A DNA stretch of 64,000 nucleotides from sequence record PP355766.1. One strand, written 5' to 3'. Positions within the stretch are counted from its first letter, which is position 1, and each line of letters opens with the position of its first letter. Position numbers and translations under genes: made by a program. The notes beneath the pieces were generated by a model that saw only the letters and a program-made list of their open reading frames with translations, was not told where the DNA came from and ran no database searches. Shown piece after piece: positions 27,562-38,179 of the stretch.

Positions 27562-27890
27562 ATTTAGCTCCTATTTTTGAAGCATCAAAACTGTCTTATC
27601 CTATTCCTAACCGTAGCATTGGGAATGTCATGTTGCAACTTTCTTCAGAAACTGGAGAAATGTGTGATTGGATTAATCGTCCATGGCGGCAGAAAGAAGA
27701 ATTTGAAGGCGAGTGCGCAGATGTTATTAACTGTGTAGTGGATGCACTTTGGCTGCATTTCAGAAATCGCCATAAAAATGATACCCATGTATCAGATGAT
27801 GAAATCTCCATGATGGTTACTCGTGCGCTGAATGAGCAAATCGTAGTCAAAACACAAAAATGGAAGGATGCTGTTAATGCCAATGTATGA
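27555..27890 (+). CDS. MazG-like nucleotide pyrophosphohydrolase
   Basis: ETGE...EGECAD all-alpha NTP-PPase pattern. Confidence 0.6.
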   Translation: MLNLAPIFEASKLSYPIPNRSIGNVMLQLSSETGEMCDWINRPWRQKEEFEGECADVINCVVDALWLHFRNRHKNDTHVSDDEISMMVTRALNEQIVVKTQKWKDAVNANV

Positions 27891-28053
27891 TTACAAGTGT
27901 GAAGTCTGTGGAAAAAAGATAGAAATTATGCGTAAAATTTCCCATCGTGACTATACTGTTAACTGCTTTAACCCTAAGTGTGAAGGTCAAATGAAGCGGG
28001 TGGTTTCTGCTCCGGCAGTTCACTACGATGGATTAAAGAGTGGTGATTATTGA
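27883..28053 (+). CDS. FmdB-type zinc ribbon protein (gp39.1-like)
   Basis: MYDYKCEVCG...CFNPKC...MKRVVSAP. Confidence 0.8.
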   Translation: MYDYKCEVCGKKIEIMRKISHRDYTVNCFNPKCEGQMKRVVSAPAVHYDGLKSGDY

Positions 28054-28138
28054 TGGGAACTAAAGCACGCATTACCATGAAACCCGGAGAAATCCGGGTT
28101 ATTAAAGTAGGTAATATAACTTATAGGGTTAAATTAAA

Positions 28139-28387
28139 ATGAAAAAGATTTTAATTACAGCGCTTGCCTTCATGATGATTGGATGCACTGACGCTGATAA
28201 CGCAACTCGCGTGTTAGATAACGCGGGATTTACTGATATCAAAATCACTGGATATAAGTTCTTTTCTTGCTCAGAGGATGATTTTCAGCACACAGGCTTT
28301 ACGGCTATTGGGCCAACAGGAAAACCTGTTAACGGAACAGTGTGCTCAGGGCTTTTTCTTAAGAACAGCACAATTCGTTATGAATAA
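28139..28387 (+). CDS. Putative lipoprotein
   Basis: MKKILITALAFMMIGC lipobox-like signal. Confidence 0.65.
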   Translation: MKKILITALAFMMIGCTDADNATRVLDNAGFTDIKITGYKFFSCSEDDFQHTGFTAIGPTGKPVNGTVCSGLFLKNSTIRYE

Positions 28388-28405
28388 ATGACCTTCGGGT
28401 CATTT
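28387..28405 (+). terminator. Terminator-like hairpin
   Basis: AAATGACC-TTCG-GGTCATTT. Confidence 0.7.
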
Positions 28406-28409
28406 AGTT

Positions 28410-28439
28410 GTTTACATGGACATCGTGTTTTGGTATTAT
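28410..28439 (+). promoter_or_regulatory. T4-type early promoter
   Basis: GTTTAC-18 nt-TATTAT. Confidence 0.75.
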
Positions 28440-28465
28440 AGTCTTGTTGGCCAGAGGAGAATATT

Positions 28466-28834
28466 ATGATTATTGGAATGACAACTGCGCAAAGGCGTGC
28501 TAAACGACAGTTAAAAATGGTAGAGCGGGCTATTGGAAAATATAGGTTTGCTTGGTGGCCAATCAATGACGTGAATGGCCGTACTATTTGGATGCAGAAA
28601 TATTATGAAGTCTGTGAAGAATGGATTTCACTTAATGAAAATAACGAGTACCGGATTGAACAGTACTACGGAAATTCTCGATATGCATACGCTAACGTTA
28701 GTGATGCTCAATGGACTATGTTTGAACGACAACGGCCACGATACCCAGAGTATAAAGCGGTTAAAGGAGGCCATGAGGTTCTTGGTAAATTGATGTATAT
28801 CAAAGAAGAATTACTTGCTATAATCAATAGTTGA
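28466..28834 (+). CDS. Hypothetical protein upstream of gene 39
   Basis: GAGGAG SD; RFAWWPI motif. Confidence 0.65.
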   Translation: MIIGMTTAQRRAKRQLKMVERAIGKYRFAWWPINDVNGRTIWMQKYYEVCEEWISLNENNEYRIEQYYGNSRYAYANVSDAQWTMFERQRPRYPEYKAVKGGHEVLGKLMYIKEELLAIINS

Positions 28835-28864
28835 TATAATTCCTTCACTAACCGAGGAAATGTA

Positions 28865-29455
28865 ATGATTAAGAACGAAATTAAAATTCTGAGTGACCGA
28901 GAACATATCATTAAGCGTAGCGGAATGTACATTGGTAGTTCTGCGTTTGAAGCGCATGACCGTTTTCTTTTTGGTAAATTCCAATCAGTAAAGTATGTTC
29001 CTGGTATTATCAAACTGATTGATGAAATCATTGATAACTCTGTTGATGAAGCTATTCGTACTAATTTCAAACACGCGAACAAGATTTCAGTTGACATTAA
29101 AGGCAACAAAATTATTGTAACAGATAATGGTCGTGGTCTTCCGCAGGCTCCTGTAGTAACACCTGAAGGAGAAACTATTCCGGGACCAGTAGCTGCATGG
29201 ACTCGTCCTCGTGCGGGTGGTAACTTTGGCGATGATGCTGAGCGTAAAACCGGTGGTATGAACGGTGTCGGTTCTGCGTTAACCAACATCTTTTCAGTAT
29301 CTTTTACTGGTGCAACATGCGATGGTAAAAATGAAATCATCGTTCGTTGTTCTAATGGCGCAGAAAATATCTCCTGGGAAGAACATCCAGCAAAAGATAA
29401 AGAATTCATCAAAGATAAGACTGGTACTGTAGTATCATTCATTCCAGATTTTAAT
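28865..29455 (+). CDS. gp39: Topoisomerase II large subunit, N-terminal fragment
   Basis: LSDREHI, EIIDNSVDE, DNGRG, GGMNGVGS GHKL motifs. Confidence 0.93.
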
Positions 29456-29816
29456 AACGATTGCCGTTTGCATCCACGTGATAGAGTATTTGGTCTCCAC
29501 CTACATCTGCATATTTTTGTTGTGCAAATTGATAGCATGCATCCTGGGTTTTAATCCAATCTCTAAACGGGTCATATACGTTATTACACATTAAAAGAAT
29601 CCAGTACAGCTGACTATTTCCATAAAGAATATATGCTAATTCTTCTGGTCTAGGAGCTCCACTTATGTAATATGTTTGTAAAAGATAGTTTTCTGCTACA
29701 GTGTCGAAATATTTGCGATAATTACGAAATATGTCAGCGGTTGGGATAGCTTTTGCCTTAGCACCTTTTACGGTCTTTGCAGAATAATCTATCGGACTAA
29801 AAAATGAGAAGAGCAT
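29456..29816 (-). CDS. gp53: Baseplate wedge gp53, N-terminal fragment
   Basis: MLFSFFSPIDY...RPEELAYILYG. Confidence 0.9.
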
Positions 29817-29828
29817 AGTTTATCCTCT

Positions 29829-29854
29829 TATAAATATTAATAACAGTATTTATA
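29829..29854. promoter_or_regulatory. Divergent late promoters for gene 4 and gene 53
   Basis: TATAAATA on + at 29829-29836 and on - at 29847-29854. Confidence 0.85.
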
Positions 29855-29865
29855 AGGAGGCCACT

Positions 29866-30315
29866 ATGGCATATTCTGGCAAATTCATGCCGCAGAATCT
29901 CCACAAATATAAAGGCGACTTTAGAAAGATTACTTATCGTTCTACATGGGAACAGTACATGATGCGTTGGCTTGACAATCATCCAGATGTAGTCCAATGG
30001 AATAGCGAAGAAGTAGTCATTCCATACTTTAGTAATGCAGATGGAAAGAAACGCCGGTATTTCATGGATTTCTGGGCTAAGTTTTCTAATGGTCAACAGT
30101 TCTTTTTTGAAGTTAAGCCAAAGAAAGAAACTAGACCTCCGGTCAAACCCACAAAGTTGACGACATCAGCGAAGAAACGGTACATTGATGAAATTTACAC
30201 TTGGTCTGTAAACGTTGATAAGTGGAAAGCAGCTCAAGCTACTGCCAGTAAAATGGGTATAGAATTTAGGTTAATTACCGAAGATTCACTTAAAAAATTA
30301 GGATGGAAAGGCTGA
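29866..30315 (+). CDS. gp4: Head completion nuclease
   Basis: [16 protein letters not shown]...YRSTWE. Confidence 0.94.
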   Translation: MAYSGKFMPQNLHKYKGDFRKITYRSTWEQYMMRWLDNHPDVVQWNSEEVVIPYFSNADGKKRRYFMDFWAKFSNGQQFFFEVKPKKETRPPVKPTKLTTSAKKRYIDEIYTWSVNVDKWKAAQATASKMGIEFRLITEDSLKKLGWKG

Positions 30316-31142
30316 TGGCTATATTTGAATTTATCACTGAAGCTGCAGAATCGCCTAAAGCTAAATCCCGTAGTGAAAATCAATGGGTAGCATTAGGAGT
30401 TGAATACTCTGCTGCTCGTAAAAAAGGCATGACGTCTAAATCATTCGCTGAAAGCAAAGGAATAAATCCTGCTACGTTCAGTAAAGCAATGGCTCGTCAT
30501 GCATCAAGAATTAAAACGGCAATTAAAGTAGCAGAAATTGAGAAAAAACCTGCTAACAAAATGACCAAACAAGAGCGTGCTCTTGTGATGGTAAATTCAT
30601 TTCGAAGCTCTATCAAAGATAAAATTCGTAATGAAGGCGCAGCAGTAAACAATAAATCTGCTAAATGGTTTGCAGAAACTATAAAGAAAAATATACGTGG
30701 TCATTCTGTAACCAAGCCTCAACCTGGAAAGCTATATGCTTACATGTATGACGCTAAGCACAAAGACACTCTTCCATTCTGGGATAAATTTCCTTTGATA
30801 GTTTATCTTGGTCTTGGAAAGCAAGGTACAACCACATTGATGTATGGGTTAAACCTTCACTACATTCCGCCAAAGGCTCGTCAGCAGTTTTTAGAAGAAC
30901 TTCTTAAACAGTATGCTAATACGCCAGTGATATCTAATAAGACCAGATTAAAGATAAACTGGAGCCAAGTTAAAGGATTTGCTGGCGCTGACAAAATGAT
31001 TAAAGCATATATTCCTGGTAATATAAAGGGTGCTTTAATTGAGATAAAACCGGCTGATTGGGCGAATGTAGTCATGTTACCACTGCAGCAGTTCATGTCG
31101 AAAGGCAAACGCTACTCTGCTACTTCTGTATGGAAATCATAA
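30315..31142 (+). CDS. gp2: DNA end protector
   Basis: [17 protein letters not shown]...GLNLHYIPP. Confidence 0.94.
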   Translation: MAIFEFITEAAESPKAKSRSENQWVALGVEYSAARKKGMTSKSFAESKGINPATFSKAMARHASRIKTAIKVAEIEKKPANKMTKQERALVMVNSFRSSIKDKIRNEGAAVNNKSAKWFAETIKKNIRGHSVTKPQPGKLYAYMYDAKHKDTLPFWDKFPLIVYLGLGKQGTTTLMYGLNLHYIPPKARQQFLEELLKQYANTPVISNKTRLKINWSQVKGFAGADKMIKAYIPGNIKGALIEIKPADWANVVMLPLQQFMSKGKRYSATSVWKS

Positions 31143-31744
31143 TGTCTACTGGACTGTTTAATCAAACTAACACAACTAACTTTATATTAGAGGTCCCTGA
31201 TGGGGGCCTCACCCAAGCGTTTAAAGCTAATCTTCAAACAGCCGTAGTTCCTGGAATTCATATTCCTGCTACTGATACTGTAGGTTCGCCTCAAGGCATG
31301 CATCGTGCTAAATTGCCTGGGTCTACTTTTGAGTTTGACGCTGTTCCTGTTAGATTTTTAGTAGATGAAAATCTTGATTCATGGGTACAAATGTACAAAT
31401 GGATGTTAAGCTGTCAAAACTACATTGACCGAGACAAGTCTGGATGGAATAACGGCGGTGAAGGATTTCCTGGTGCAGTTTTAATGCATGTTCTTGATAA
31501 CGATAAACATGATATAGTATTAACTGTCCGCTACATCGGAGGTTGGGTGAGTGATTTATCTGAAATTGAGTATTCTTTAACCGAAGAATCCGACCCAGCA
31601 ATGGTATGTGTAGCAACTTTGCAGTACAAATACATTGAAGTTGAAAAAGATGGTATAATAATTACTGGTAGACCTTCTGTCAATGATACTCGCGAATCCC
31701 AGTATCAACAGAAAGTTATGGGAATGCATCCTTCTATGAGGTAA
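31142..31744 (+). CDS. gp3: Tail tube terminator
   Basis: LFNQTNTTNFILEV...FLVDENLDSW. Confidence 0.9.
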   Translation: MSTGLFNQTNTTNFILEVPDGGLTQAFKANLQTAVVPGIHIPATDTVGSPQGMHRAKLPGSTFEFDAVPVRFLVDENLDSWVQMYKWMLSCQNYIDRDKSGWNNGGEGFPGAVLMHVLDNDKHDIVLTVRYIGGWVSDLSEIEYSLTEESDPAMVCVATLQYKYIEVEKDGIIITGRPSVNDTRESQYQQKVMGMHPSMR

Positions 31745-31748
31745 TAAT

Positions 31749-31781
31749 TTGAAGCTTTTATTTTTGATTGGTAAAAAACGT
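31749..31781 (+). CDS. gp1: dNMP kinase, N-terminal stub (TTG start)
   Basis: (M)KLLFLIGKKR resembles T4 MKLIFLSGVKR; follows gp3; cut by junction. Confidence 0.55.
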
Positions 31782-31784
31782 AAA

Positions 31785-33065
31785 TTAGTCCGCAATCAGC
31801 TTAGGTAACTTAACACCAAGCATAACAGACATCTGACTTCTTCCTGCCATCTTATCCATATCCGCAGCATTAATCACACGAGCTTCGTCCTCATCCAATC
31901 CTACAGTATATGGGTTAACCGACAGCGCGTAACGAACCAGTAAAGCTACAGAAGGCTGCAAGCTAGCTGGGTCAACAATAACTTTAAATGCACCAACATG
32001 CTCAGGGTCGTCTAAATCAAGACCTTCGGTATACGGCGCATAAAATAATGAACCTACAGTTTCCTTCCCACCAAATTCTGCCTTAACACCAACAATAACG
32101 TAATCAATCGGACTGTTAGTATCACAATACAGTGGAAGGCCGTTATTCAGAATGCCATATGCGTTTTCTGGAATAGTCCCATCGTTCTTCTGCATTAACC
32201 AACCAGAAGCTGCCAGTACCGCCGCGCAACGAGTAGATGCTACTGCGTAGGTGCCAGAATAAGAAGTATTACGTTGAACTGCTGAATTCATTTCACAAAT
32301 GAAACGATACAGAGTACGACCTTGTTCCGGAGCAGAATCCTGCTTAGTTAAATCTAATACACCTTTATCGGATACACCAGTTACTTTAAACCGAGAAGAA
32401 ACCGTAATCAATGATTGCAGGATGTCTTTATTAATGTCTTCTGCCATTTCAGTAGCAAGTAAATCATCAATAAGCTCTGGAGCATCGAATCCATTAGCTT
32501 CTAAGTCTTGAGCTAATTCTACAGTTAAATCTGTTTTAAGCTTACGCGATTTAACAGCTGTTTGCCATTTATCAATTTTAAAACTGGCTTCGGTGATTGG
32601 GTCTGAATCGGGTCCTTCAAATTTTTCAGTGACTGCAGCATCTGACAGCATACGAATATTATTAGCTGCTACAGCTTCAGATACAAGTCCAAATTCATCG
32701 GTTTCTGCTGTGCCAGTAAACGGTCCGTCTTTAAGCACTTTAAAGACTACGTTCTGGTACTTAAACATGTCATCTTTATTAAAAGAATCTTTATTCGCCA
32801 TAGTGAGTTCTTCAATTGACTCGCGTTCCGTCGCCCCGATTTGACCTGCATAGGTTGCACCTGTATTAAACGTCAGGTCACCATTAGGGTTAAGATATTT
32901 AATACCATACAGTGCTGCTACAGGCTGTTTAGTACGCTGTGTAGCAACAAGATCGGTATAGATTAATTTAGTGGTTGCGCGCGTTAATGCAACGAGATTA
33001 GGGCGACCAATTAAGTTGCTACTCGTTGTAGTTGACTCGCGCAGAAGTTCGTTGATTTTAGCCAT
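31785..33065 (-). CDS. gp24: Capsid vertex protein
   Basis: MAKINELLRESTTTSSNLIGRPNLVALTRAT. Confidence 0.95.
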   Translation of the reverse strand: MAKINELLRESTTTSSNLIGRPNLVALTRATTKLIYTDLVATQRTKQPVAALYGIKYLNPNGDLTFNTGATYAGQIGATERESIEELTMANKDSFNKDDMFKYQNVVFKVLKDGPFTGTAETDEFGLVSEAVAANNIRMLSDAAVTEKFEGPDSDPITEASFKIDKWQTAVKSRKLKTDLTVELAQDLEANGFDAPELIDDLLATEMAEDINKDILQSLITVSSRFKVTGVSDKGVLDLTKQDSAPEQGRTLYRFICEMNSAVQRNTSYSGTYAVASTRCAAVLAASGWLMQKNDGTIPENAYGILNNGLPLYCDTNSPIDYVIVGVKAEFGGKETVGSLFYAPYTEGLDLDDPEHVGAFKVIVDPASLQPSVALLVRYALSVNPYTVGLDEDEARVINAADMDKMAGRSQMSVMLGVKLPKLIAD

Positions 33066-33093
33066 TGCGCTTTCCTCTGTGGATTTATAAGTT

Positions 33094-33101
33094 TATTTAT
33101 A
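33094..33101 (-). promoter_or_regulatory. Late promoter of gene 24
   Basis: TATAAATA. Confidence 0.8.
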
Positions 33102-33117
33102 TCCATTAAAACAACTA

Positions 33118-33139
33118 AAGGGAGCCCGAAGGCTCCCTT
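33118..33139 (-). terminator. Gene 23 terminator
   Basis: AAGGGAGCC-TTCG-GGCTCCCTT. Confidence 0.85.
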
Positions 33140-33146
33140 ATTGGTA

Positions 33147-34046
33147 TTAGATACCTTTAACCCATACACGACGGAAGTAAGCATTCTTACCAACAGAGTT
33201 GACGATAGAAGGCATACCAGAGGTAATACGACCTTTCGGCTGTTGAGCAGCAGAATCGGCGAACGGGTTAATACCGATACCGTAACGGGTTTTGAACCCC
33301 ATGACCGGTTGGAAGTTCTTCGGATCGGAACCACGCAGCGGGGTCAGTGCAACATACGGAGCATAGTAGATACCAGCATCCATTTCGTTAGCACCTTTAT
33401 AACCGATGGTGAAGTAATCCTGACGAGCATACTGGTCGATGTATACACGGTAGCGACCACCCAGAACACCAGCAAATACTGCTTTAGTGGTGTCGGTGTT
33501 ATAACCACGACCCAGACCCTGAGCTGCCGGAGATACGTTGGTATCAACAGCTGCCAGTACGTTAACTACGTTACGGGAAGCGATAATGAAGTTACCTTCA
33601 CCGCGACCGGTCTGACGAGCGATTTCAGCGGATTCTTTGTCAATCTGGAACAGCAGAGCTTTAAAGCTTTCACCTGCCCAACGAGCACCGCGGATATCAA
33701 TCGGGTCTTGGAAGTCGAATACACCGGCTTTAGAACCAATAGTCTGGGTCATACCAGATTTACCAACCTGAGCGGAGTAGTTAATCCAGTCAACAACTTC
33801 ACGGTTGATTTCCAGCATAATTTCAGTAGCCAGGATTGAACTCAGTTCAGCATCAGCGTCCATACCGTGAACAGCGCGGAGGTCCTGAGCCAGCTCGATG
33901 GAATACTGTGCTTTCAGCTGACGAGATTTCGCTTCGATAGTTTGTTTATCGATACGGAAGCCCATTTCATTCCACGGGTTATCTTTAGAACCGTTAAATG
34001 CTTCTTGCAGTTCAGCAACGGAAGTAGCCATACCTTCGGCGATTTC
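33147..34046 (-). CDS. gp23: Major capsid protein, C-terminal fragment
   Basis: EAKSRQLKAQYSIELAQDLRAVHG...YFRRVWVKGI. Confidence 0.96.
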   Translation of the reverse strand, partial: EIAEGMATSVAELQEAFNGSKDNPWNEMGFRIDKQTIEAKSRQLKAQYSIELAQDLRAVHGMDADAELSSILATEIMLEINREVVDWINYSAQVGKSGMTQTIGSKAGVFDFQDPIDIRGARWAGESFKALLFQIDKESAEIARQTGRGEGNFIIASRNVVNVLAAVDTNVSPAAQGLGRGYNTDTTKAVFAGVLGGRYRVYIDQYARQDYFTIGYKGANEMDAGIYYAPYVALTPLRGSDPKNFQPVMGFKTRYGIGINPFADSAAQQPKGRITSGMPSIVNSVGKNAYFRRVWVKGI

Positions 34047-34080
34047 AAAACCCCAGTCGGAGCAATCCGCTGGGGTTTTT
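34047..34080 (-). terminator. Terminator after T5-like dut
   Basis: AAAACCCCAG...CTGGGGTTTT inverted repeat. Confidence 0.8.
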
Positions 34081-34084
34081 CTAT

Positions 34085-34528
34085 TTACATCTTACCAGAA
34101 CTTCCGAAGCCACCTTCGCCACGATCAGTGTCGGTCAGGCTATCGACAATTTCAATGTCATTAGGATTATAATGGGGTACGATCACTAACTGACACAGAC
34201 GCTCAAAGTTATCAATCGGTTGTGTCTCGTTGCTCATATTCAACAGGTTCATCTTGATGGTTCCTCGATAATCTGAGTCAATCACCCCTGTTGTATTGGC
34301 AATCATTAGCCGACGTTTCCCTAGAGAACTTCTCGGAACCACGATTCCTACCCAGCCTTCGGGAATCTCAACCGCAACTCCGGTATCAATCATCAATGAC
34401 TCCCCGGGAGGTATGGCACGCAATAGGTCGGAAGCACGATCTCCGAAGTAGGCCCGTAGATCCATACCGGCTGCTTCCGAGCTTCCAACGTGAGGTTTAC
34501 AATCGGGGTGAGATAATTTAATACGCAT
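34085..34528 (-). CDS. dut: T5-like dUTPase
   Basis: AGMDL, PRSSLG, GVIDSDYRG, RGEGGFGSSG. Confidence 0.95.
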   Translation of the reverse strand: MRIKLSHPDCKPHVGSSEAAGMDLRAYFGDRASDLLRAIPPGESLMIDTGVAVEIPEGWVGIVVPRSSLGKRRLMIANTTGVIDSDYRGTIKMNLLNMSNETQPIDNFERLCQLVIVPHYNPNDIEIVDSLTDTDRGEGGFGSSGKM

Positions 34529-35406
34529 TATACTTCTCCTGTGGCAATAGCCATAATGTCTTTAACAAATTGATCGTAGATATCTTGTCCTGCTGCAGCA
34601 ACTGCTTCTCCACAGAAACTTGGGAGATCTACTAGAGTTAGGTTACGTTCCATGAGTTCGCCTGATTTATTCAGCGCTTGAACGAATTTTTGAGTTCCTG
34701 GGAGCGGTAACGCATCAATAATGTCTAGCACGCTACCGTGTTCCCGGATTAGGTTGTAGCCACGTTTTTCACCGATACCTTCAACACCACGAATGTTATC
34801 TCCCATATCACCCATAATAGCCTTCAAAGAGATAAACTGATCTACCGTATCTACGTTATGGTTATCGAACATATCTTTCTCGTGGTATTCTTTACGAGTA
34901 GTGAACGAGAAGCGTGAAATATTAGGAGCCAGCAGGGTATCCCAGTCGCCATCTGTGGAGATGAGCCAGATATGATCATAGTGATGACCTATCAGCTGAA
35001 TAATGAAAGCCGCCATATCATCGGCCTCTACTCCACGAATTCGGAAAGTAGGGAATTGGCTTGCGATAAGATCAAACGCATCGTCTAGGTATTCGAAGAA
35101 CTGACGATCTGCTTCTACTTCTGCTTCGGAACGATCTGCGTACTTTGCATCTCGGTTGCCCTTATACTCAGGGAAAATATTGGTACGGAAGATACTCTTC
35201 CCTTTATCTCCTAGAACGATAGTGTGCTTCGCATCATAGGAGTTTGCCAGAGAGTTGATGGTGTTTGCAAAGGATGCTGCAATAGGCTTACCACTATCTT
35301 TCTTGAAGCGGAAGCCCAAGTTCGTACCGTCAACAATCATAAGATTACGGCGTGAGGCGAGGCGTTGTTCTGCCTCTCGTTTCATTGTTCCCCAGGATTT
35401 ACTCAT
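34528..35406 (-). CDS. D15: T5-like flap endonuclease / 5'-3' exonuclease
   Basis: RRNLMIVDGTNLGFRFK, GVEADDMAA, GDMGDNI. Confidence 0.94.
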   Translation of the reverse strand: MSKSWGTMKREAEQRLASRRNLMIVDGTNLGFRFKKDSGKPIAASFANTINSLANSYDAKHTIVLGDKGKSIFRTNIFPEYKGNRDAKYADRSEAEVEADRQFFEYLDDAFDLIASQFPTFRIRGVEADDMAAFIIQLIGHHYDHIWLISTDGDWDTLLAPNISRFSFTTRKEYHEKDMFDNHNVDTVDQFISLKAIMGDMGDNIRGVEGIGEKRGYNLIREHGSVLDIIDALPLPGTQKFVQALNKSGELMERNLTLVDLPSFCGEAVAAAGQDIYDQFVKDIMAIATGEV

Positions 35407-35885
35407 TTAACTAAATCTCCAATTTCACATGCGTTTAACCACGGCTCAAAAAGACCGATAACAATTTCCATTCCACGTTTATTCACTATGAAATGTGCTC
35501 TACTCATGAGGTTATCAATCATAGGGTCGCTACTATCCAGAGCGATAAGCCATTGACCACGATCTTTCTTAAAGATCAGGGCGGGTTTCATGTTCATTTG
35601 CTCACCTTCACGTGCGGCTTGGGCCCACCATTTTTCTAGCTGGGATTCTCCAACGTTTAGGATATTGCTATTAAATTTCTCGTCTGCGTAATGTTTGATC
35701 TCAAAGCAGTATTGGCTCATTTTACCCACGCTAGGTGGCAGATATACATCCCCCTTTAGGGAGTGAGATTGGCCAAAAGCCCCTGAACCAGGAACACGTT
35801 CCCAGTCCAAGGAGGTATACTTACGCAACATATCACGGATTTGGTACTCCGCTCGTTTTCCTTTCTCGCGACTATCTACGGCCAT
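35403..35885 (-). CDS. D14: T5-like PD-(D/E)xK endonuclease
   Basis: SREKGKRAE, WERVPGSGA, KGDVY, FEIKHY. Confidence 0.88.
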   Translation of the reverse strand: MAVDSREKGKRAEYQIRDMLRKYTSLDWERVPGSGAFGQSHSLKGDVYLPPSVGKMSQYCFEIKHYADEKFNSNILNVGESQLEKWWAQAAREGEQMNMKPALIFKKDRGQWLIALDSSDPMIDNLMSRAHFIVNKRGMEIVIGLFEPWLNACEIGDLVK

Positions 35886-36305
35886 TAGGCCTCCAAAATT
35901 GATAAGCCAGCTTCATCTTGTTTAACCTCAATCTTATGTGCATACGGATGCGTGTGCCCGTGGGATACGATGATTGAGTTCAGCTGATCTTCTTCCTGTA
36001 GAAGTTCTACGAGGGTATTAATTCCATCCGGGTCAATATAACTTACAACTTCATCAAGGAAGAGCAGATTGATATTAACCTTACTAATTGTTGAAAGCAA
36101 CATTCGAATTGCTAATAGCGTGGAAATATTGATGCGGCTCTGCTGACCAGTGGAGCAGTTGACCATAGAAGTCCTGTTACCATCATTGTAGATGACAACC
36201 TGTAACTTCGTCTCATCCAACTCGAACCCTAAAGCAAATTTACCGCTGGTCATGATAGAGAGATAGTGGTTAATCATCTCTTCAAATACCTTGACGCTGT
36301 GCTCT
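35885..36305 (-). CDS. D13: T5-like D13, C-terminal fragment
   Basis: CSTGQQSRINI signature, LLFLDE Walker B, VSHG. Confidence 0.88.
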
Positions 36306-36373
36306 TGACAACTTTGTGAAAATAATTTGGGGCATTCTAAGGAGGGATTTTGGAGGGATATAGATTTATATGG

Positions 36374-36400
36374 AAGGACCTGGAGATGACCTCCAGGTTC
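36374..36400 (-). terminator. Hairpin after gp52.1-like ORF
   Basis: ACCTGGAG-GTCAT-CTCCAGGT. Confidence 0.55.
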
Positions 36401-36406
36401 CCTAGA

Positions 36407-36478
36407 TTAACTGAGGAGCAATAAAACTAGACCTAATACTACAATTATAGAGCCTACAATCAAATAAAATTCTATCAT
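36407..36478 (-). CDS. 23 aa hydrophobic peptide (gp52.1-like position)
   Basis: MIEFYLIVGSIIVVLGLVLLLLS, ATGA-coupled to gp52. Confidence 0.5.
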   Translation of the reverse strand: MIEFYLIVGSIIVVLGLVLLLLS

Positions 36479-37863
36479 AATTCTTCCAGGTCTTTTAGAT
36501 ACTCAGCCTCAGGCGTTGTCTTTTCCCAGTACTTAACCTCTTGTGCTAGGCGTTTTGCTTCCTGAGCAAGTTTCTTCGCTTCATCATCAGTGATGTGATA
36601 GATGTTCATTGAAACAAGTTTTTCAGAATGGTCTTTGAATAGTTCATTCTGTTCAATTTCTTTAGTCAACTGCTTACGAGTTTTACCTTGGATAACGATG
36701 TTACCTGCGATAACCTCTTTGATAAATTGAGCTTTTGCCTGAGCAAGATTAAACGCCTGCTTAGTTTCAGCGATTTTGTGCTCAATTCGTTTGGCGGTGA
36801 ATGTCTTACGGACTTCTACAAAATGACGAATAAGCTCACCTGAAGTTTTGAACTTATCGTTCAGTTTACCGTTCTCGTCGATGACTACGATGTACTGACT
36901 CATTTTCTCAATGAGTTTAAAATCCTTCATGATTTTAGCATGACGTTGCTCAGGGTCATCGCTCAAAGCATAGTCTTTACGGAATTTCACCTTAAAGCCA
37001 AACCCGGTCTTAGAACAGTCATCATCGTATGTGATGTATCCTGCATCTTCCAACGGGTCAAGTACTTTTTCAACGTAAGAAGCTCGTTCAAACTTGTACG
37101 GAATTTCACTGATATAGATCGAGTTCCGTGAAGTTTCTTTATACACGCCGTGCAGTTCAACAGAACCGTCTTCAGTTTGAACGATTTTTCCGTTAAATTT
37201 AGGGAACTGAACTTCAGGTTCCATAACTTCGCCACGAAGAGCCGCTTTAGTACATTCTAAAACAGATTCAAAGCTGTGTGGAAGAATAGAAGTTGAATAA
37301 CCTGTTGCAATACCGCGAACGCCATTCAGAAGAACAGTCGGAATTACCGGCAGATAATATGCGGGAGGAACATGTTCTTTATCTTTATGTGCTGGAGCGA
37401 TTTCTGTATCTTTGTAGATTTTACGGAAGTTGTCAGAAATCCGGCAGAAAATATAACGACTTGCCGCAGCAGATTGAACCAAGCGAGAACCGAAGTTACC
37501 TTGTCCATCTAATAGAGGATAGTTGTTATTCCATGTGTTTGCCATCAATGCACCAGCATCTTGGGCAGACGTTTCACCATGATGATATCCTAAATCAGCT
37601 ACACCACCGGCGACAGACGCAAGCTTATGGAATTTTTCTTTATTACCACGAGCTAAATCAAGAGCCCGAGCAATAACAAACCGCTGTACAGGTTTAAACC
37701 CATCAATTAAGTTCGGAATAGCGCGGTTTTCTACAGTGTAAATCGCATACTCTTTTGCTTCATTATCAATGATAGATTTCAAATCGCGATGACGAAGATT
37801 TGACGCTTTAGCCAAATCATCGATAGAACCTGCTTGCTTTAATAGAGTGTCAAAAATATCCAT
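36475..37863 (-). CDS. gp52: Topoisomerase II medium subunit
   Basis: ENRAIPNLIDGFKPVQR, YHHGE, AAASRY. Confidence 0.96.
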   Translation of the reverse strand: MDIFDTLLKQAGSIDDLAKASNLRHRDLKSIIDNEAKEYAIYTVENRAIPNLIDGFKPVQRFVIARALDLARGNKEKFHKLASVAGGVADLGYHHGETSAQDAGALMANTWNNNYPLLDGQGNFGSRLVQSAAASRYIFCRISDNFRKIYKDTEIAPAHKDKEHVPPAYYLPVIPTVLLNGVRGIATGYSTSILPHSFESVLECTKAALRGEVMEPEVQFPKFNGKIVQTEDGSVELHGVYKETSRNSIYISEIPYKFERASYVEKVLDPLEDAGYITYDDDCSKTGFGFKVKFRKDYALSDDPEQRHAKIMKDFKLIEKMSQYIVVIDENGKLNDKFKTSGELIRHFVEVRKTFTAKRIEHKIAETKQAFNLAQAKAQFIKEVIAGNIVIQGKTRKQLTKEIEQNELFKDHSEKLVSMNIYHITDDEAKKLAQEAKRLAQEVKYWEKTTPEAEYLKDLEEL

Positions 37864-37868
37864 TGTAC

Positions 37869-38009
37869 CTACCAGATTAGTGAGCCGATTTGTACTATAA
37901 CATCGGAAATGAAAAGCACAATATAAATCATTCCGTAAATCATCCCATAGTACAAAACCAAAAGAATGATGGAAATAACTACGGCAGAAACTAGGAGTTT
38001 CTTAATCAT
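37869..38009 (-). CDS. MotA.1-like membrane protein (46 aa)
   Basis: MIKKLL...LYYG...VLFISDVI; directly upstream of gp52. Confidence 0.65.
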   Translation of the reverse strand: MIKKLLVSAVVISIILLVLYYGMIYGMIYIVLFISDVIVQIGSLIW

Positions 38010-38179
38010 TTGTAAACTCCTACAATTTTACAAATGCGCTCAAACATAATAAATGCTGCGGTGAACGCAATACTTCCGATTACTTTAGTGGTAGGCACAA
38101 GGCCATACCACATGAATGTTCCTGAGCAAATCATTAAGGCCATCAGAAACACATAGCCCATCACAAAGAAGTTTCTCAT
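38006..38179 (-). CDS. Small membrane protein (57 aa)
   Basis: [20 protein letters not shown]; coupled to neighbours. Confidence 0.55.
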   Translation of the reverse strand: MRNFFVMGYVFLMALMICSGTFMWYGLVPTTKVIGSIAFTAAFIMFERICKIVGVYK

